Source: a virus
DNA length: 41,512 nt
Virus genome (UHGV): UHGV-0155266
Strand: one strand, 5' to 3'
The position numbers were made by a program, and so were the translations under genes. The notes under the pieces are model-generated. The model was not told the DNA's origin and did not search any database. It saw nothing but the letters and a program-made list of their open reading frames with translations. Shown here in pieces: positions 7,810 through 16,776 of the stretch (positions within the stretch are counted from its first letter, which is position 1; each line of letters starts with the position of its first letter).

Positions 7810-8367
7810 GTGGGTAAGCATCACTGGAAAATAGAAAAACAGCCTGAGTGGTACGTGAAAGCTGTCAGAAAAACTATCGCGGCGTTGCCGGGTGGTTACG
7901 CTGAAGCCGCTGACTGGCTGGATGTAACAGAGAACGCTTTATTCAACCGCCTTCGTGCAGATGGCGATCAGATTTTTCCGCTGGGATGGGCAATGGTTTT
8001 ACAGCGTGCTGGTGGCACTCACTTCATTGCTGATGCTGTGGCGCAGTCTGCAAATGGCGTATTTGTGTCTCTTCCTGACGTCGAGGATGTGGACAACGCC
8101 GATATTAACCAGCGTCTGCTGGAAGTCATTGAACAGATCGGCAGTTATTCAAAACAGATTCGTTCAGCAATCGAAGACGGTGTAGTGGAACCGCATGAGA
8201 AGACAGCAATTAACGACGAGCTGTATCTCTCAATTTCGAAGCTGCAGGAGCATGCAGCACTGGTCTACAAAATCTTTTGCATTTCAGAAAGTAATGACGC
8301 CCGCGAGTGTGCAGCTCCGGGCGTCGTGGCGTCGATTGCTTCTGGTTGTGGAGAAACTAACGCATGA
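7810..8367 (+). CDS. CII/YmfL-like early regulatory protein
   Basis: ORF directly after cro. GTG at 7810 has AAGGAG 7 nt upstream; an in-frame ATG at 7777 is the alternative start. Assignment by position and recalled similarity to e14 ymfL. Confidence 0.5.
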   Translation: MGKHHWKIEKQPEWYVKAVRKTIAALPGGYAEAADWLDVTENALFNRLRADGDQIFPLGWAMVLQRAGGTHFIADAVAQSANGVFVSLPDVEDVDNADINQRLLEVIEQIGSYSKQIRSAIEDGVVEPHEKTAINDELYLSISKLQEHAALVYKIFCISESNDARECAAPGVVASIASGCGETNA

Positions 8368-8702
8368 ACAGTTTAACAACACACTACCGTCGCTCGCAAC
8401 TGATTGCGCTTCCTGTACCGGGTGGAAAAGCGAAGGTGGAATATTGCTATGCAGTGAATGTACCAGGTGACAGGGAAATTGTAACCCACAGCTTTGCAGA
8501 GTGGGCTGTGGGTGATTTCAACCGGCAGAAGGAGACAGTCCTTTGCGACAAGTTAACCGCTGGTTCAAAGATCACTACGGAGTGCCCGTCAGAGTCATTC
8601 GTTGGGAGCCGGAAACACAACGGGTTATCTACCTCCGCGAAGGTTATGAGCATGAATGCTTCAGTCCGCTCGAACAGTTTCGTCGTAAATTCAGGGAAAT
8701 AG
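8364..8702 (+). CDS. hypothetical early protein (YmfM-like, 112 aa)
   Basis: Start overlaps the upstream stop. The C-terminal third looks non-protein-like while an alternative frame (8516-8719) looks protein-like; see findings. Confidence 0.45.
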   Translation: MNSLTTHYRRSQLIALPVPGGKAKVEYCYAVNVPGDREIVTHSFAEWAVGDFNRQKETVLCDKLTAGSKITTECPSESFVGSRKHNGLSTSAKVMSMNASVRSNSFVVNSGK

Positions 8703-8711
8703 AGGTCGGTC

Positions 8712-9653
8712 ATGAGCACTAAATTAACCGGCTATGTATGGGATGGTTGCGCTGCATCAGGCATGAAGTTATCCAGTGTGGCAATTATGGCCCGCCTGGC
8801 TGATTTCAGTAATGACGAAGGTGTGTGCTGGCCATCAATTGAAACCATTGCCCGTCAGATTGGCGCGGGGATGAGTACCGTCAGAACGGCTATCGCACGG
8901 CTGGAAGCAGAAGGCTGGTTAACGCGTAAGGCGCGTCGCCAGGGTAACCGCAATGCGTCGAATGTTTATCAGCTTAACGTTGCGAAGCTTCAGGCAGCGG
9001 CATTTTCTCAACTGTCAGATTCTGACCCGTCAAAATCTGACGCATCAAAATCTGACCCGTCAAAATTTGATGCGTCGAAATCTGGCAAAAAAGCGGGTTT
9101 TCACCCGTCAGAATCTGGCGGGGATCCGTCAGTAAAATCAAAACATGATCCGTCAGATAAAAAAACTTCTCGTCCGGACGCTTCGCAACCGGACACGCAG
9201 ACGGCTGAACAGGAGTTTTTAACTCGCCATCCTGATGCGGTTGTATTCAGCCCTAAAAAGCGCCAGTGGGGAACGCAGGATGATTTGACCTGTGCACAGT
9301 GGCTCTGGAAAAAAATCATCGCCCTGTACGAGCAGGCCGCCGAATGTGACGGCGAGGTGGTTCGTCCCAAAGAACCGAACTGGACAGCCTGGGCAAACGA
9401 AATTCGCCTGATGTGTGTGCAGGATAGTCGTACTCACAAACAAATCTGCGAGATGTACAGCCGCGTCAGCCGCGATCCGTTCTGGTGCCGTAACGTGCTC
9501 AGCCCGTCGAAGCTGCGGGAAAAATGGGATGAGCTTTCCCTGCGCTTATCGCCGTCCGTCAGCACGTACACCGAAAAACGCGAAGACCCGTACTTCAAAT
9601 CCAGTTACGACAACGTGGACTACAGCCAGATCCCGGCAGGATTCAGGGGGTGA
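8712..9653 (+). CDS. replication initiation protein (phage O-like replisome organiser)
   Basis: N-terminal HTH typical of phage replication initiators; internal five-residue peptide repeats (SDPSK/SDASK) are encoded by 15-bp DNA iterons, as in lambda O containing ori. Confidence 0.7.
   Translation: MSTKLTGYVWDGCAASGMKLSSVAIMARLADFSNDEGVCWPSIETIARQIGAGMSTVRTAIARLEAEGWLTRKARRQGNRNASNVYQLNVAKLQAAAFSQLSDSDPSKSDASKSDPSKFDASKSGKKAGFHPSESGGDPSVKSKHDPSDKKTSRPDASQPDTQTAEQEFLTRHPDAVVFSPKKRQWGTQDDLTCAQWLWKKIIALYEQAAECDGEVVRPKEPNWTAWANEIRLMCVQDSRTHKQICEMYSRVSRDPFWCRNVLSPSKLREKWDELSLRLSPSVSTYTEKREDPYFKSSYDNVDYSQIPAGFRG
9021..9085 (+). repeat. iteron array (putative phage origin) inside the replication gene
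   Basis: Tandem 15-bp units TCTGACCCGTCAAAA, TCTGACGCATCAAAA, TCTGACCCGTCAAAA, TTTGATGCGTCGAAA; further CCGTCAG copies and an A-rich tract follow to about 9170. Confidence 0.6.
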
Positions 9654-10144
9654 TCATGAGTCTGTTAAATGACGTTCAGAAATTCATTGAAGCTCATCCG
9701 GGGTGTACTTCCGGAGACATTGCAGATGCTTTTGCTGGTTACTCACGGCAGCGCGTTCTGCAGTCAGCAAGCAAGTTACGTCAGAGTGGGCGTGTGGCTC
9801 ACCGTTGTGAAGGGGATACACGCAGACATTTCCCGCGCCTGACTGAGAGAGCGCAGGAGCCGGAACCACAACCAGTTCGTGAAACCAGACCTGTGCGCAA
9901 TTTCTATGTCGGCACTAACGACCCCCGGGTGATTTTGTGCCTGACCCGCCAGGCTGAAGAACTGGAGTCCAGGGGCTTATACCGTCGTGCTGCAACGGTG
10001 TGGATGGCGGCATTCCGTGAAAGCCACTCCCAGCCAGAACGAAATAATTTTCTGGCGCGTCGTGAACGGTGTTTACGGAAAAGCAACAAGCGGGCTGCAT
10101 CAGGTGAAGAGTGGTATCTGTCAGGGAATTACGTGGGGGCTTAA
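9650..10144 (+). CDS. early protein, possible PerC/ANR-type regulator
   Basis: 164-aa ORF translationally coupled to the replication gene; the AEELESRGLYRRAATVWMAAF segment resembles the PerC-family motif as recalled. Inference only. Confidence 0.5.
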   Translation: MIMSLLNDVQKFIEAHPGCTSGDIADAFAGYSRQRVLQSASKLRQSGRVAHRCEGDTRRHFPRLTERAQEPEPQPVRETRPVRNFYVGTNDPRVILCLTRQAEELESRGLYRRAATVWMAAFRESHSQPERNNFLARRERCLRKSNKRAASGEEWYLSGNYVGA

Positions 10145-10797
10145 TGAGTAATAAATATTGCCGGGCGCTGGTGGAGCTGCGGAACAAACCAGCCCATGAA
10201 CTGAAGGAAGTGGGCGATCAGTGGCGCACGCCGGATAACATTTTCTGGGGAATTAACACCCTGTTTGGTCCGTTTGTTCTGGATCTGTTCACTGACGGTG
10301 ATAACGCCAAATGTGCCGCGTATTACACGGCGGAAGACAACGCGCTGGCACATGACTGGTCAGAACGTCTTGCGGAGCTTAAAGGTGCTGCCTTTGGTAA
10401 TCCCCCATACAGCCGCGCCAGTCAGCATGAGGGGCAATACATCACCGGCATGCGTTACATCATGAAGCATGCCAGTGCCATGCGTGATAAAGGCGGTCGC
10501 TATGTTTTCCTGATCAAAGCTGCCACCAGCGAAGTGTGGTGGCCGGAAGATGCAGATCATATTGCTTTTATTCGCGGGCGTATTGGTTTTGAACTGCCTG
10601 CCTGGTTTATCCCGAAGGATGAGAAGCAGGTGCCGACAGGCGCTTTCTTCGCTGGTGCTATTGCTGTTTTCGACAAGACCTGGAAGGGACCGGCAATCAG
10701 CTACATCGGGCGCGATGAACTTGAGGCATGTGGTGAGGCCTTTCTGGCGCAGGTTCGCCAGCAGGCGGAAAAACTGGTCAGGGAGATGGCTGCATGA
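10144..10797 (+). CDS. phage N6-adenine DNA methyltransferase (Dam-like)
   Basis: ATG at 10144 overlaps the upstream stop (TAATG). Contains GNPPY, matching the (D/N)PPY catalytic motif of N6-adenine methyltransferases. Confidence 0.8.
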   Translation: MSNKYCRALVELRNKPAHELKEVGDQWRTPDNIFWGINTLFGPFVLDLFTDGDNAKCAAYYTAEDNALAHDWSERLAELKGAAFGNPPYSRASQHEGQYITGMRYIMKHASAMRDKGGRYVFLIKAATSEVWWPEDADHIAFIRGRIGFELPAWFIPKDEKQVPTGAFFAGAIAVFDKTWKGPAISYIGRDELEACGEAFLAQVRQQAEKLVREMAA

Positions 10798-11120
10798 CGA
10801 CGTTAACTCAATGCCAGCAGCAGGTGCTGGATATGCTGATTTCTTACCAGAAAGAACGTGGCTTCCCGCCAACCAATCAGGAGGTGGCAACCATGCTGGG
10901 ATACCGTTCAGTGAATGCAGCGGTGGAGCATCTTCGAGCACTGGAGAAAAAAGGCGTCATCACGATAAAGCGTGGAGTGGCCCGGGGGATAACGCTTCAT
11001 ACCGCGATGAAGGACGACGACAGCGAGGCGGTCGGGATTATCCGCGCACTGCTTGCCGGTGAGGCAAACGCCAGGCTGCGTGCAGCCCACTGGTTACATG
11101 AGAGGGGCCTGAAAGTATGA
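10794..11120 (+). CDS. LexA-N-terminal-like DNA-binding protein
   Basis: 108-aa ORF; TQCQQQVLDMLISYQKERGFPPTNQEVATMLGYRSVNAAVEHLRALEKKGVI resembles the LexA DNA-binding domain; start overlaps the Dam stop. Confidence 0.55.
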   Translation: MTTLTQCQQQVLDMLISYQKERGFPPTNQEVATMLGYRSVNAAVEHLRALEKKGVITIKRGVARGITLHTAMKDDDSEAVGIIRALLAGEANARLRAAHWLHERGLKV

Positions 11121-11506
11121 AGCTAATACTGCCTTTTCCGCCCAGCGTGAACACGTACTGGCGACACCCCAACAAAGGGGCGTTTGCAGGTAAGAGCCTG
11201 ATAAGCGCGGCGGGGCGCAAATTCCAGAGCGCGGCGTGTGCAGCAATAGTTGAGCAGTTACGTCGTCTGCCAAAACCAACGTCGGCACCTGCTTCAGTGG
11301 AGATCGTGTTGTTTCCTCCGGATAACCGGATCCGCGATCTGGACAACTATAACAAGGCGCTGTTTGACGCCCTGACCCACGCGGGTGTGTGGGAAGACGA
11401 CAGTCAGGTGAAAAGAATGCTGGTGGAGTGGGGACCGGTTATCCCGGAAGGGAAGGTCGAGATCACTATAAGTAAGTACGAGAAAACGGCGGGTGCAGCC
11501 GCCTGA
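11117..11506 (+). CDS. rusA: RusA-type Holliday junction resolvase
   Basis: 129-aa ORF; size and conserved acidic pattern (DLDNYNKALFDALTHAGVWEDDSQV) match the RusA family. Confidence 0.85.
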   Translation: MKLILPFPPSVNTYWRHPNKGAFAGKSLISAAGRKFQSAACAAIVEQLRRLPKPTSAPASVEIVLFPPDNRIRDLDNYNKALFDALTHAGVWEDDSQVKRMLVEWGPVIPEGKVEITISKYEKTAGAAA

Positions 11507-11525
11507 TTAAGAGGAGAAACGAAGT

Positions 11526-12335
11526 ATGAATAATCTGATGGTCATTGATGGTATTGAAGTTCGTCGTGATGCTTATGGGCGTTACAGTCTGAACGATCTG
11601 CATCGCGCAGCAGTAGCATCTGGTGCAAATGCCAGAACCAAGGAGCCAGGAAAGTTTCTTTCCAGCCAACAAACTGTTGAGCTTGTTCATGAATTGACCA
11701 ACACCCAGAATTTGGGTGTTGACCCGGTGAGTGTGATTCATGGGGGAAATGAACGGGGAACGTATGTCTGCAAGGAACTGGTGTATGCCTATGCAATGTG
11801 GATCAGCCCGTCATTCCATCTGAAGGTGATCCGTACTTTCGACATGGTAACCAGCGCACCGGAAAAATTATCCGGACAGGCTGCTGACAAGATGCAGGCT
11901 GGTGTGATTCTGCTGGACTTTATGCGCCGGGAATTAAACCTGTCTAACTCTTCAGTGCTTGGTGCCTGTCAGAAACTCCAGGAGGCTGTTGGCTTACCGA
12001 ATCTGGCACCGCGCTATGCCATTGATGCTCCTGCTGACGCGCCTGATGGCTCAAGCCGCCCCACGCTGTCACTGAGTGCACTGCTGAAGCAGTATGGTAT
12101 CCGCCTGACAGCTAATCAGGCATATCACCAGATGGTGAAGCTGGGGATCGTCGAGCAGCGCGAACGATACAGCCGTACCGCGATTAACAACATCAAAAAA
12201 TTCTGGTCGCTGACAGCGAAAGGCTGCATGTTCGGCAAGAACATCACCAGTCCCGCAAATCCGCGCGAGACGCAGCCGCATTTCTTCGAATCCCGATTCC
12301 CCGAGCTGTTAAAGTTGCTCGATACCGTTCATTGA
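11526..12335 (+). CDS. KilA-N domain protein
   Basis: The N-terminal 100 aa match the KilA-N DNA-binding domain pattern; AAGAGGAG RBS. Confidence 0.7.
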   Translation: MNNLMVIDGIEVRRDAYGRYSLNDLHRAAVASGANARTKEPGKFLSSQQTVELVHELTNTQNLGVDPVSVIHGGNERGTYVCKELVYAYAMWISPSFHLKVIRTFDMVTSAPEKLSGQAADKMQAGVILLDFMRRELNLSNSSVLGACQKLQEAVGLPNLAPRYAIDAPADAPDGSSRPTLSLSALLKQYGIRLTANQAYHQMVKLGIVEQRERYSRTAINNIKKFWSLTAKGCMFGKNITSPANPRETQPHFFESRFPELLKLLDTVH

Positions 12336-12336
12336 G

Positions 12337-13332
12337 GTGACTGTGAGAGCACTACTGACCCCTGAAATTGCCCCGCGTATGGGGATCGTATTGTTCAGGC
12401 CCGGTTCAGAGCTGATGCCCCTGTTTATGCAGGGGCGTGTCCTGCTGGAGCCTGAGCCGGAACGTTATTCATCTTTCGCCAGTGGTGCCGTTCCCGCGGC
12501 ATCACAACCGCTGGCGGATGATCCTGCCGTTCGGGCCGTGTTCCGCAATGAGGCAGTGATCCGTCGTGCTGGTGGGGTGGAATGTCTTGAAAGCTGGTTA
12601 CTTCGTGAAAAAGGCTGCCAGTGGCCTCATTCCGACTGGCACAGCGAGAACATGACCACAATGCGGCACGCTCCGGGCGCAATCCGTCTCTGCTGGCACT
12701 GCGATAACCAGCTGCGCGATCAGTTCACGGAACGGCTGGAATCAATGGCAACGGATAACTGTGCCCGTTGGGTGTTGTCTGTTGTGCGTCGGGATCTCGG
12801 TTTTGATGACAGTCACGTTGTGACAATGCCGGAACTGTGCTGGTGGCTGATTCGTAATGACCTGGCGGATGCCTTACCGGAAAGTGCAGCCCGTAAGGCA
12901 CTGAGATTACCGAAGCCTGTTGTGCCGTCTGTCACCCGGGAAAGTGACCTTGTGCCTTCGGTTCCTGCCACCAGCATTATCCAGGATAAAGCGAAAAAGG
13001 TGCTGGCGCTGAAAGTGGATCCGGAGTCGCCGGAGTCTTTTATGTTACGCCCAAAACGTCGCCGCTGGGTTAATGAAAAGTACACGCGCTGGGTTAAGAC
13101 ACAGCCGTGTGCATGTTGTGGAAAGCTTGCTGATGATCCCCACCACCTGATAGGCCACGGTCAGGGGGGAATGGGTACAAAAGCGCATGACCTCTTTGTG
13201 TTGCCTTTGTGCAGAAAGCATCACGACGAGCTGCATGCGGATACCGTGGCATTTGAAGAGATGTATGGCTCCCAGTTGGAGCTGATATTTCGTTTTATCG
13301 ATCGTGCGCTGGCAATAGGCGTACTGGCGTAA
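12337..13332 (+). CDS. DUF968-like phage protein (Cys/His-rich C-terminus)
   Basis: 331-aa ORF with GTG start; C-terminal CxxC...HH...H cluster (QPCACCGK...HHLIGHGQGG...CRKHHDELH) typical of lambdoid early-region DUF968/HNH-like proteins. Confidence 0.55.
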   Translation: MTVRALLTPEIAPRMGIVLFRPGSELMPLFMQGRVLLEPEPERYSSFASGAVPAASQPLADDPAVRAVFRNEAVIRRAGGVECLESWLLREKGCQWPHSDWHSENMTTMRHAPGAIRLCWHCDNQLRDQFTERLESMATDNCARWVLSVVRRDLGFDDSHVVTMPELCWWLIRNDLADALPESAARKALRLPKPVVPSVTRESDLVPSVPATSIIQDKAKKVLALKVDPESPESFMLRPKRRRWVNEKYTRWVKTQPCACCGKLADDPHHLIGHGQGGMGTKAHDLFVLPLCRKHHDELHADTVAFEEMYGSQLELIFRFIDRALAIGVLA

Positions 13333-13345
13333 GTGGAGAACGAGC

Positions 13346-14098
13346 ATGAACCTTGAAGCCTTACCAAAATATTACTCCCCAAAATCTCCAAAATTGAGTG
13401 ATGACGCACCGGCGACAGGCTCGGGTGGTTTAACAATTACAGATGTGATGGCTGCGCAGGGGATGGTGCAGTCGAAAGCACCACTGGGTTTTGCCTTATT
13501 CCTGGCAAAAGTTGGTGTTCAGGATCCTCAGTTTGCGATTGAAGGTCTGCTCAATTACGCGATGGCACTGGATAACCCGACATTGAACAAATTGAGTGAA
13601 GAAACCCGGCTACAGATCATTCCTTACCTTGTGAATTTTGCCTTTGCTGATTATTCCAGATCTGCGGCAAGTAAGGCTCGCTGTGAGCATTGTGCTGGTA
13701 CTGGATTTCATAATGTATTGCGCGAAGTGGTGAAACACTCCAGAAACGGGGAATCTGTTATCAAGGAAGAGTGGGTGAAGGAACTATGTCAGCATTGTCA
13801 TGGTAAGGGAGAAGTCAGCACAGCGTGCAGAGGATGTAAGGGTAAAGGTATTGTCCTGGATGAAAAAAGAACCCGGCTTCATGGCACGCCTGTTTATAAG
13901 ATTTGTGGGCGTTGCAATGGAAACCGATTTAGCCGTTTACCAACCACACTGGCACGACGTCATGTCCAGAATCTGGTAACAGACCTGACGGATTATCAGT
14001 GGTACAAAGGATATGCAGACGTCATTGATAAACTGGTTACAAAGTGCTGGCAGGAAGAAGCATATGCTGAAGCGCAATTGAGAAAAGTGACAAGATAA
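13346..14098 (+). CDS. late-gene antitermination protein Q-like
   Basis: 250-aa ORF at the end of the early region with paired-Cys zinc-binding clusters (CEHCAGTG, CQHCHGKG, CRGCKGKG, CGRCNG); lysis and late genes follow. Confidence 0.65.
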   Translation: MNLEALPKYYSPKSPKLSDDAPATGSGGLTITDVMAAQGMVQSKAPLGFALFLAKVGVQDPQFAIEGLLNYAMALDNPTLNKLSEETRLQIIPYLVNFAFADYSRSAASKARCEHCAGTGFHNVLREVVKHSRNGESVIKEEWVKELCQHCHGKGEVSTACRGCKGKGIVLDEKRTRLHGTPVYKICGRCNGNRFSRLPTTLARRHVQNLVTDLTDYQWYKGYADVIDKLVTKCWQEEAYAEAQLRKVTR

Positions 14099-14252
14099 AT
14101 GATTTTCAACAAAGATAGCGACATGATGCTTGCATTTTTCAAAAAACATGGATAAGATTTTCTCAACGATGGGCTTTGTGTGTCTACCGTTGATAAGTCC
14201 AAAAAACCGCAGCCGAGCGGGTTAAATTATTTTTTCTTACACGGGGATATGG

Positions 14253-14783
14253 ATGTTATACCGAGATCTTCTGCCTATTTTCTCAGAAAGAACCATATTT
14301 GAAGCTCCTGAGGCTGAAAGAATACTTCGTGAGCAATATTCTATCATTGCCCCCTCTCCTGTAATTCAGGAGATTTATTATGGATTGGTAGGTGATGACA
14401 GATTTCAGAAGCTTTATGGGGATCTTGATATTGACCAAATTGAATGGAAATTGATTGAACTTCCCACTAAAAACTTTTTAACTATCGGGGATAATGCTAC
14501 TTGCCCTGATTTTTTGCATGAGGTCGTTGAAGATTACATGACCCGTAAAGGTGATGTATTTATGGATGATGAAATAAAAGCGCATTGGTGTAATTTTGGC
14601 ACATGGTGCGAACCACCATTTTTTATAGATCGAGCTTTGCTGAAAAGTAATACAACAGGGCTCCATTTAATGGAAGGGCATACAAGAGTTGGAACCCTGT
14701 TAGGGGCAGTTAAGTATAACTTCGTTAAGCTTGCTAATACTCATAAAATTTATTATGCGCAAGCAAAAGAATGTATTAAATAA
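14253..14783 (+). CDS. hypothetical protein (post-Q moron, AT-rich)
   Basis: 176-aa ORF in the slot directly downstream of Q, followed by its own terminator; AT-rich relative to neighbours; no recognisable motif. Confidence 0.6.
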   Translation: MLYRDLLPIFSERTIFEAPEAERILREQYSIIAPSPVIQEIYYGLVGDDRFQKLYGDLDIDQIEWKLIELPTKNFLTIGDNATCPDFLHEVVEDYMTRKGDVFMDDEIKAHWCNFGTWCEPPFFIDRALLKSNTTGLHLMEGHTRVGTLLGAVKYNFVKLANTHKIYYAQAKECIK

Positions 14784-14820
14784 GTTGAGTGAAATTACTG
14801 TTGGTTTTTTAACAATACTT

Positions 14821-14843
14821 ACCGCGTTCTCGCGGTTTTTTTA
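14821..14843 (+). terminator. rho-independent terminator
   Basis: ACCGCG-TTCT-CGCGGT hairpin followed by TTTTTTT. Confidence 0.6.
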
Positions 14844-14940
14844 TAAATTAAACATTGGTGCAGTACGGTAAACACGCTGGTGGTCGTGAATACTGACTGT
14901 TTATCTTGCTGGCTTTTTAGACAAGAGTTATTGGTATGTC

Positions 14941-15159
14941 ATGTTAACCAGAAGGGAAAAAGACATGCTAAAACAGCAAGATATGACAGAAACGGCGAAA
15001 GTTGTTTTTAATGAATTAAGCATCGAACCGGCAACAGTCGGGGAGATTGCACAAAACACATACCTTTCACGCGAACGCTGTCAGTTAATACTGACCCAGC
15101 TGGTTATGGCGGGGCTGGCAGATTACCAGTTCGGCTGTTACAGACGCCTTCAGCAATGA
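14941..15159 (+). CDS. small hypothetical protein, possible winged-HTH
   Basis: 72-aa ORF with weak RBS (alternative ATG at 14965 has AAGGGA); segment ATVGEIAQNTYLSRERCQLILTQLVMAGLADY is HTH-like. Confidence 0.4.
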   Translation: MLTRREKDMLKQQDMTETAKVVFNELSIEPATVGEIAQNTYLSRERCQLILTQLVMAGLADYQFGCYRRLQQ

Positions 15160-15308
15160 AGGGCTTTTAATTTGTGAAAATGGGCGGCTGGTGGGTGTTG
15201 GTAGCACCTGCCAGCCATTCGCTCATGCTTACTGGTCACAAGCGAACCATGGCCCACTGCTTTAGCGCAAAAGCAGAGTGAGCCTACCAGAGTTACGCTT
15301 ACTGATCC

Positions 15309-16361
15309 ATGAAAAATACTGTAAAAACAAACAGTGTTGATTTAATCAACGCTGATTGCCTGCATTTTATTCAGTCCCTGCCTGATGATTCCATTGACCT
15401 GATTGTTACCGATCCGCCGTACTTCAAGGTGAAACCCAACGGTTGGGACAATCAGTGGAAAGGGGACGAAGATTACCTTAAGTGGCTGGACCACTGTCTG
15501 GCCCAGTTCTGGCGGGTGTTGAAACCTGCCGGAAGCCTTTACCTGTTCTGTGGGCATCGCCTGGCATCTGATATTGAGATCATGATGCGTGAACGTTTCA
15601 ACGTGCTTAACCATATCATCTGGGCGAAGCCGTCCGGACGTTGGAATGGGTGTAATAAAGAAAGTCTGCGCGCATATTTTCCTGCCACAGAGCGCGTTCT
15701 GTTTGCTGAACATTACCAGGGGCCATATCGCGGCAAAAGTGACGGCTATGCGGCAAAAGAAAGGGAACTCAAACAGCACATAATGGCACCGCTGATATCG
15801 TATTTCAGGGATGCTCGTGCCGAACTGGGTATAACGGCAAAACAAATTGCCGAAGCCACAGGTAAGAAAAATATGGTTTCCCACTGGTTTGGTGCCAGTC
15901 AGTGGCAGTTGCCGAATGAGGCTGACTACCGGAAGTTACAGGCACTGTTTTCCCGTATAGCGGCAGAGAAGTTTCAGGAACAACAACTGGAACAACCACA
16001 CCACCAGTTGGTGGCATCTTATGATTCACTGAATCGCAAATATTCTGAATTGCTGGATGAGTTTAAATCTCTCCGGCGCTATTTCTCCGTATCAGTCTCC
16101 GTGCCTTATACCGATGTCTGGATGCATAAACCCGTTCAGTTCTACCCGGGTAAACATCCGTGTGAGAAACCGGCGGATATGCTCAGGCAAATAATCAATG
16201 CCAGTAGTCGACCCGGCGATCTGGTTGCTGATTTCTTTATGGGATCCGGTTCCACAATAAAAGCAGCAATGGCGCTGGGGCGTCGGGCGTTAGGTGTTGA
16301 GCTTGAGACAGAGCGGTTTAATCAGACGGTGAAAGAGGTAAGTGAACTGGTGGGGAAATAA
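15309..16361 (+). CDS. DNA methyltransferase (amino-methyltransferase, motif IV before motif I)
   Basis: DPPY near the N-terminus (IVTDPPYF) and an FxGxG-like SAM motif near the C-terminus (DFFMGSGST); no adjacent endonuclease gene. Confidence 0.85.
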   Translation: MKNTVKTNSVDLINADCLHFIQSLPDDSIDLIVTDPPYFKVKPNGWDNQWKGDEDYLKWLDHCLAQFWRVLKPAGSLYLFCGHRLASDIEIMMRERFNVLNHIIWAKPSGRWNGCNKESLRAYFPATERVLFAEHYQGPYRGKSDGYAAKERELKQHIMAPLISYFRDARAELGITAKQIAEATGKKNMVSHWFGASQWQLPNEADYRKLQALFSRIAAEKFQEQQLEQPHHQLVASYDSLNRKYSELLDEFKSLRRYFSVSVSVPYTDVWMHKPVQFYPGKHPCEKPADMLRQIINASSRPGDLVADFFMGSGSTIKAAMALGRRALGVELETERFNQTVKEVSELVGK

Positions 16362-16368
16362 TTCTGGT

Positions 16369-16390
16369 GGCCACGTTGCGTGGCCTTTTT
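16369..16390 (+). terminator. rho-independent terminator
   Basis: GGCCACG-TTG-CGTGGCC hairpin followed by TTTTT; it lies inside track ORF 16342-16773, so the holin start must be downstream. Confidence 0.6.
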
Positions 16391-16437
16391 ATTTCCAACA
16401 CAGCACCCGCAAATATCGCGAGGTGAGAGATGACGAA

Positions 16438-16773
16438 ATGCCTCATAACCCAAATACCTGGCCGGACTGGCTGGAGTTGTTTCAGAGCTGGTGGCGTGGA
16501 GACACACCGCTGGGTGCAGTGATTATGTCGATCGTTATGGCTGGTTTGCGCATCGCCTATTTTGGCGGTGGTGGTGGCTGGAAGCGAAAAACGCTCGAGA
16601 TTTTGCTCTGTGGCGCTCTGACGCTGACCTTTGCATCCGCTCTTGAGTATGTCGGATGGCCTAAATCGCTTTCTGTTGCCATTGGTGGTGGCGTGGGGCT
16701 GATCGGTGTCGATGCTATTCGTGGGGCTGCAATGCGAGTAATCGGTAACAAGTTTGGTGGCTCTAAGGAGTAA
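16438..16773 (+). CDS. holin (putative)
   Basis: 111-aa ORF immediately upstream of the endolysin with hydrophobic and Gly-rich segments; start chosen at the first ATG after the terminator. Confidence 0.6.
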   Translation: MPHNPNTWPDWLELFQSWWRGDTPLGAVIMSIVMAGLRIAYFGGGGGWKRKTLEILLCGALTLTFASALEYVGWPKSLSVAIGGGVGLIGVDAIRGAAMRVIGNKFGGSKE

Positions 16774-16776
16774 TTT

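Noticed and set aside
9101-9443. Minus-strand ORFs 9101-9370 and 9219-9443 inside the replication gene
   Set aside because: Antisense shadows within a GC-rich coding region; no RBS and non-protein-like translations.
10360-11062. 193-aa minus-strand and 170-aa plus-strand ORFs overlapping the Dam and LexA-like genes
   Set aside because: Alternative-frame shadows of well-supported coupled genes; Arg/Ser/Pro-rich low-complexity translations.
16342-16437. N-terminal 32 codons of track ORF 16342-16773 as part of the holin
   Set aside because: An intrinsic terminator (16369-16390) lies inside this stretch and the segment overlaps the methyltransferase 3' end; the first ATG after the terminator (16438) is the more plausible start.
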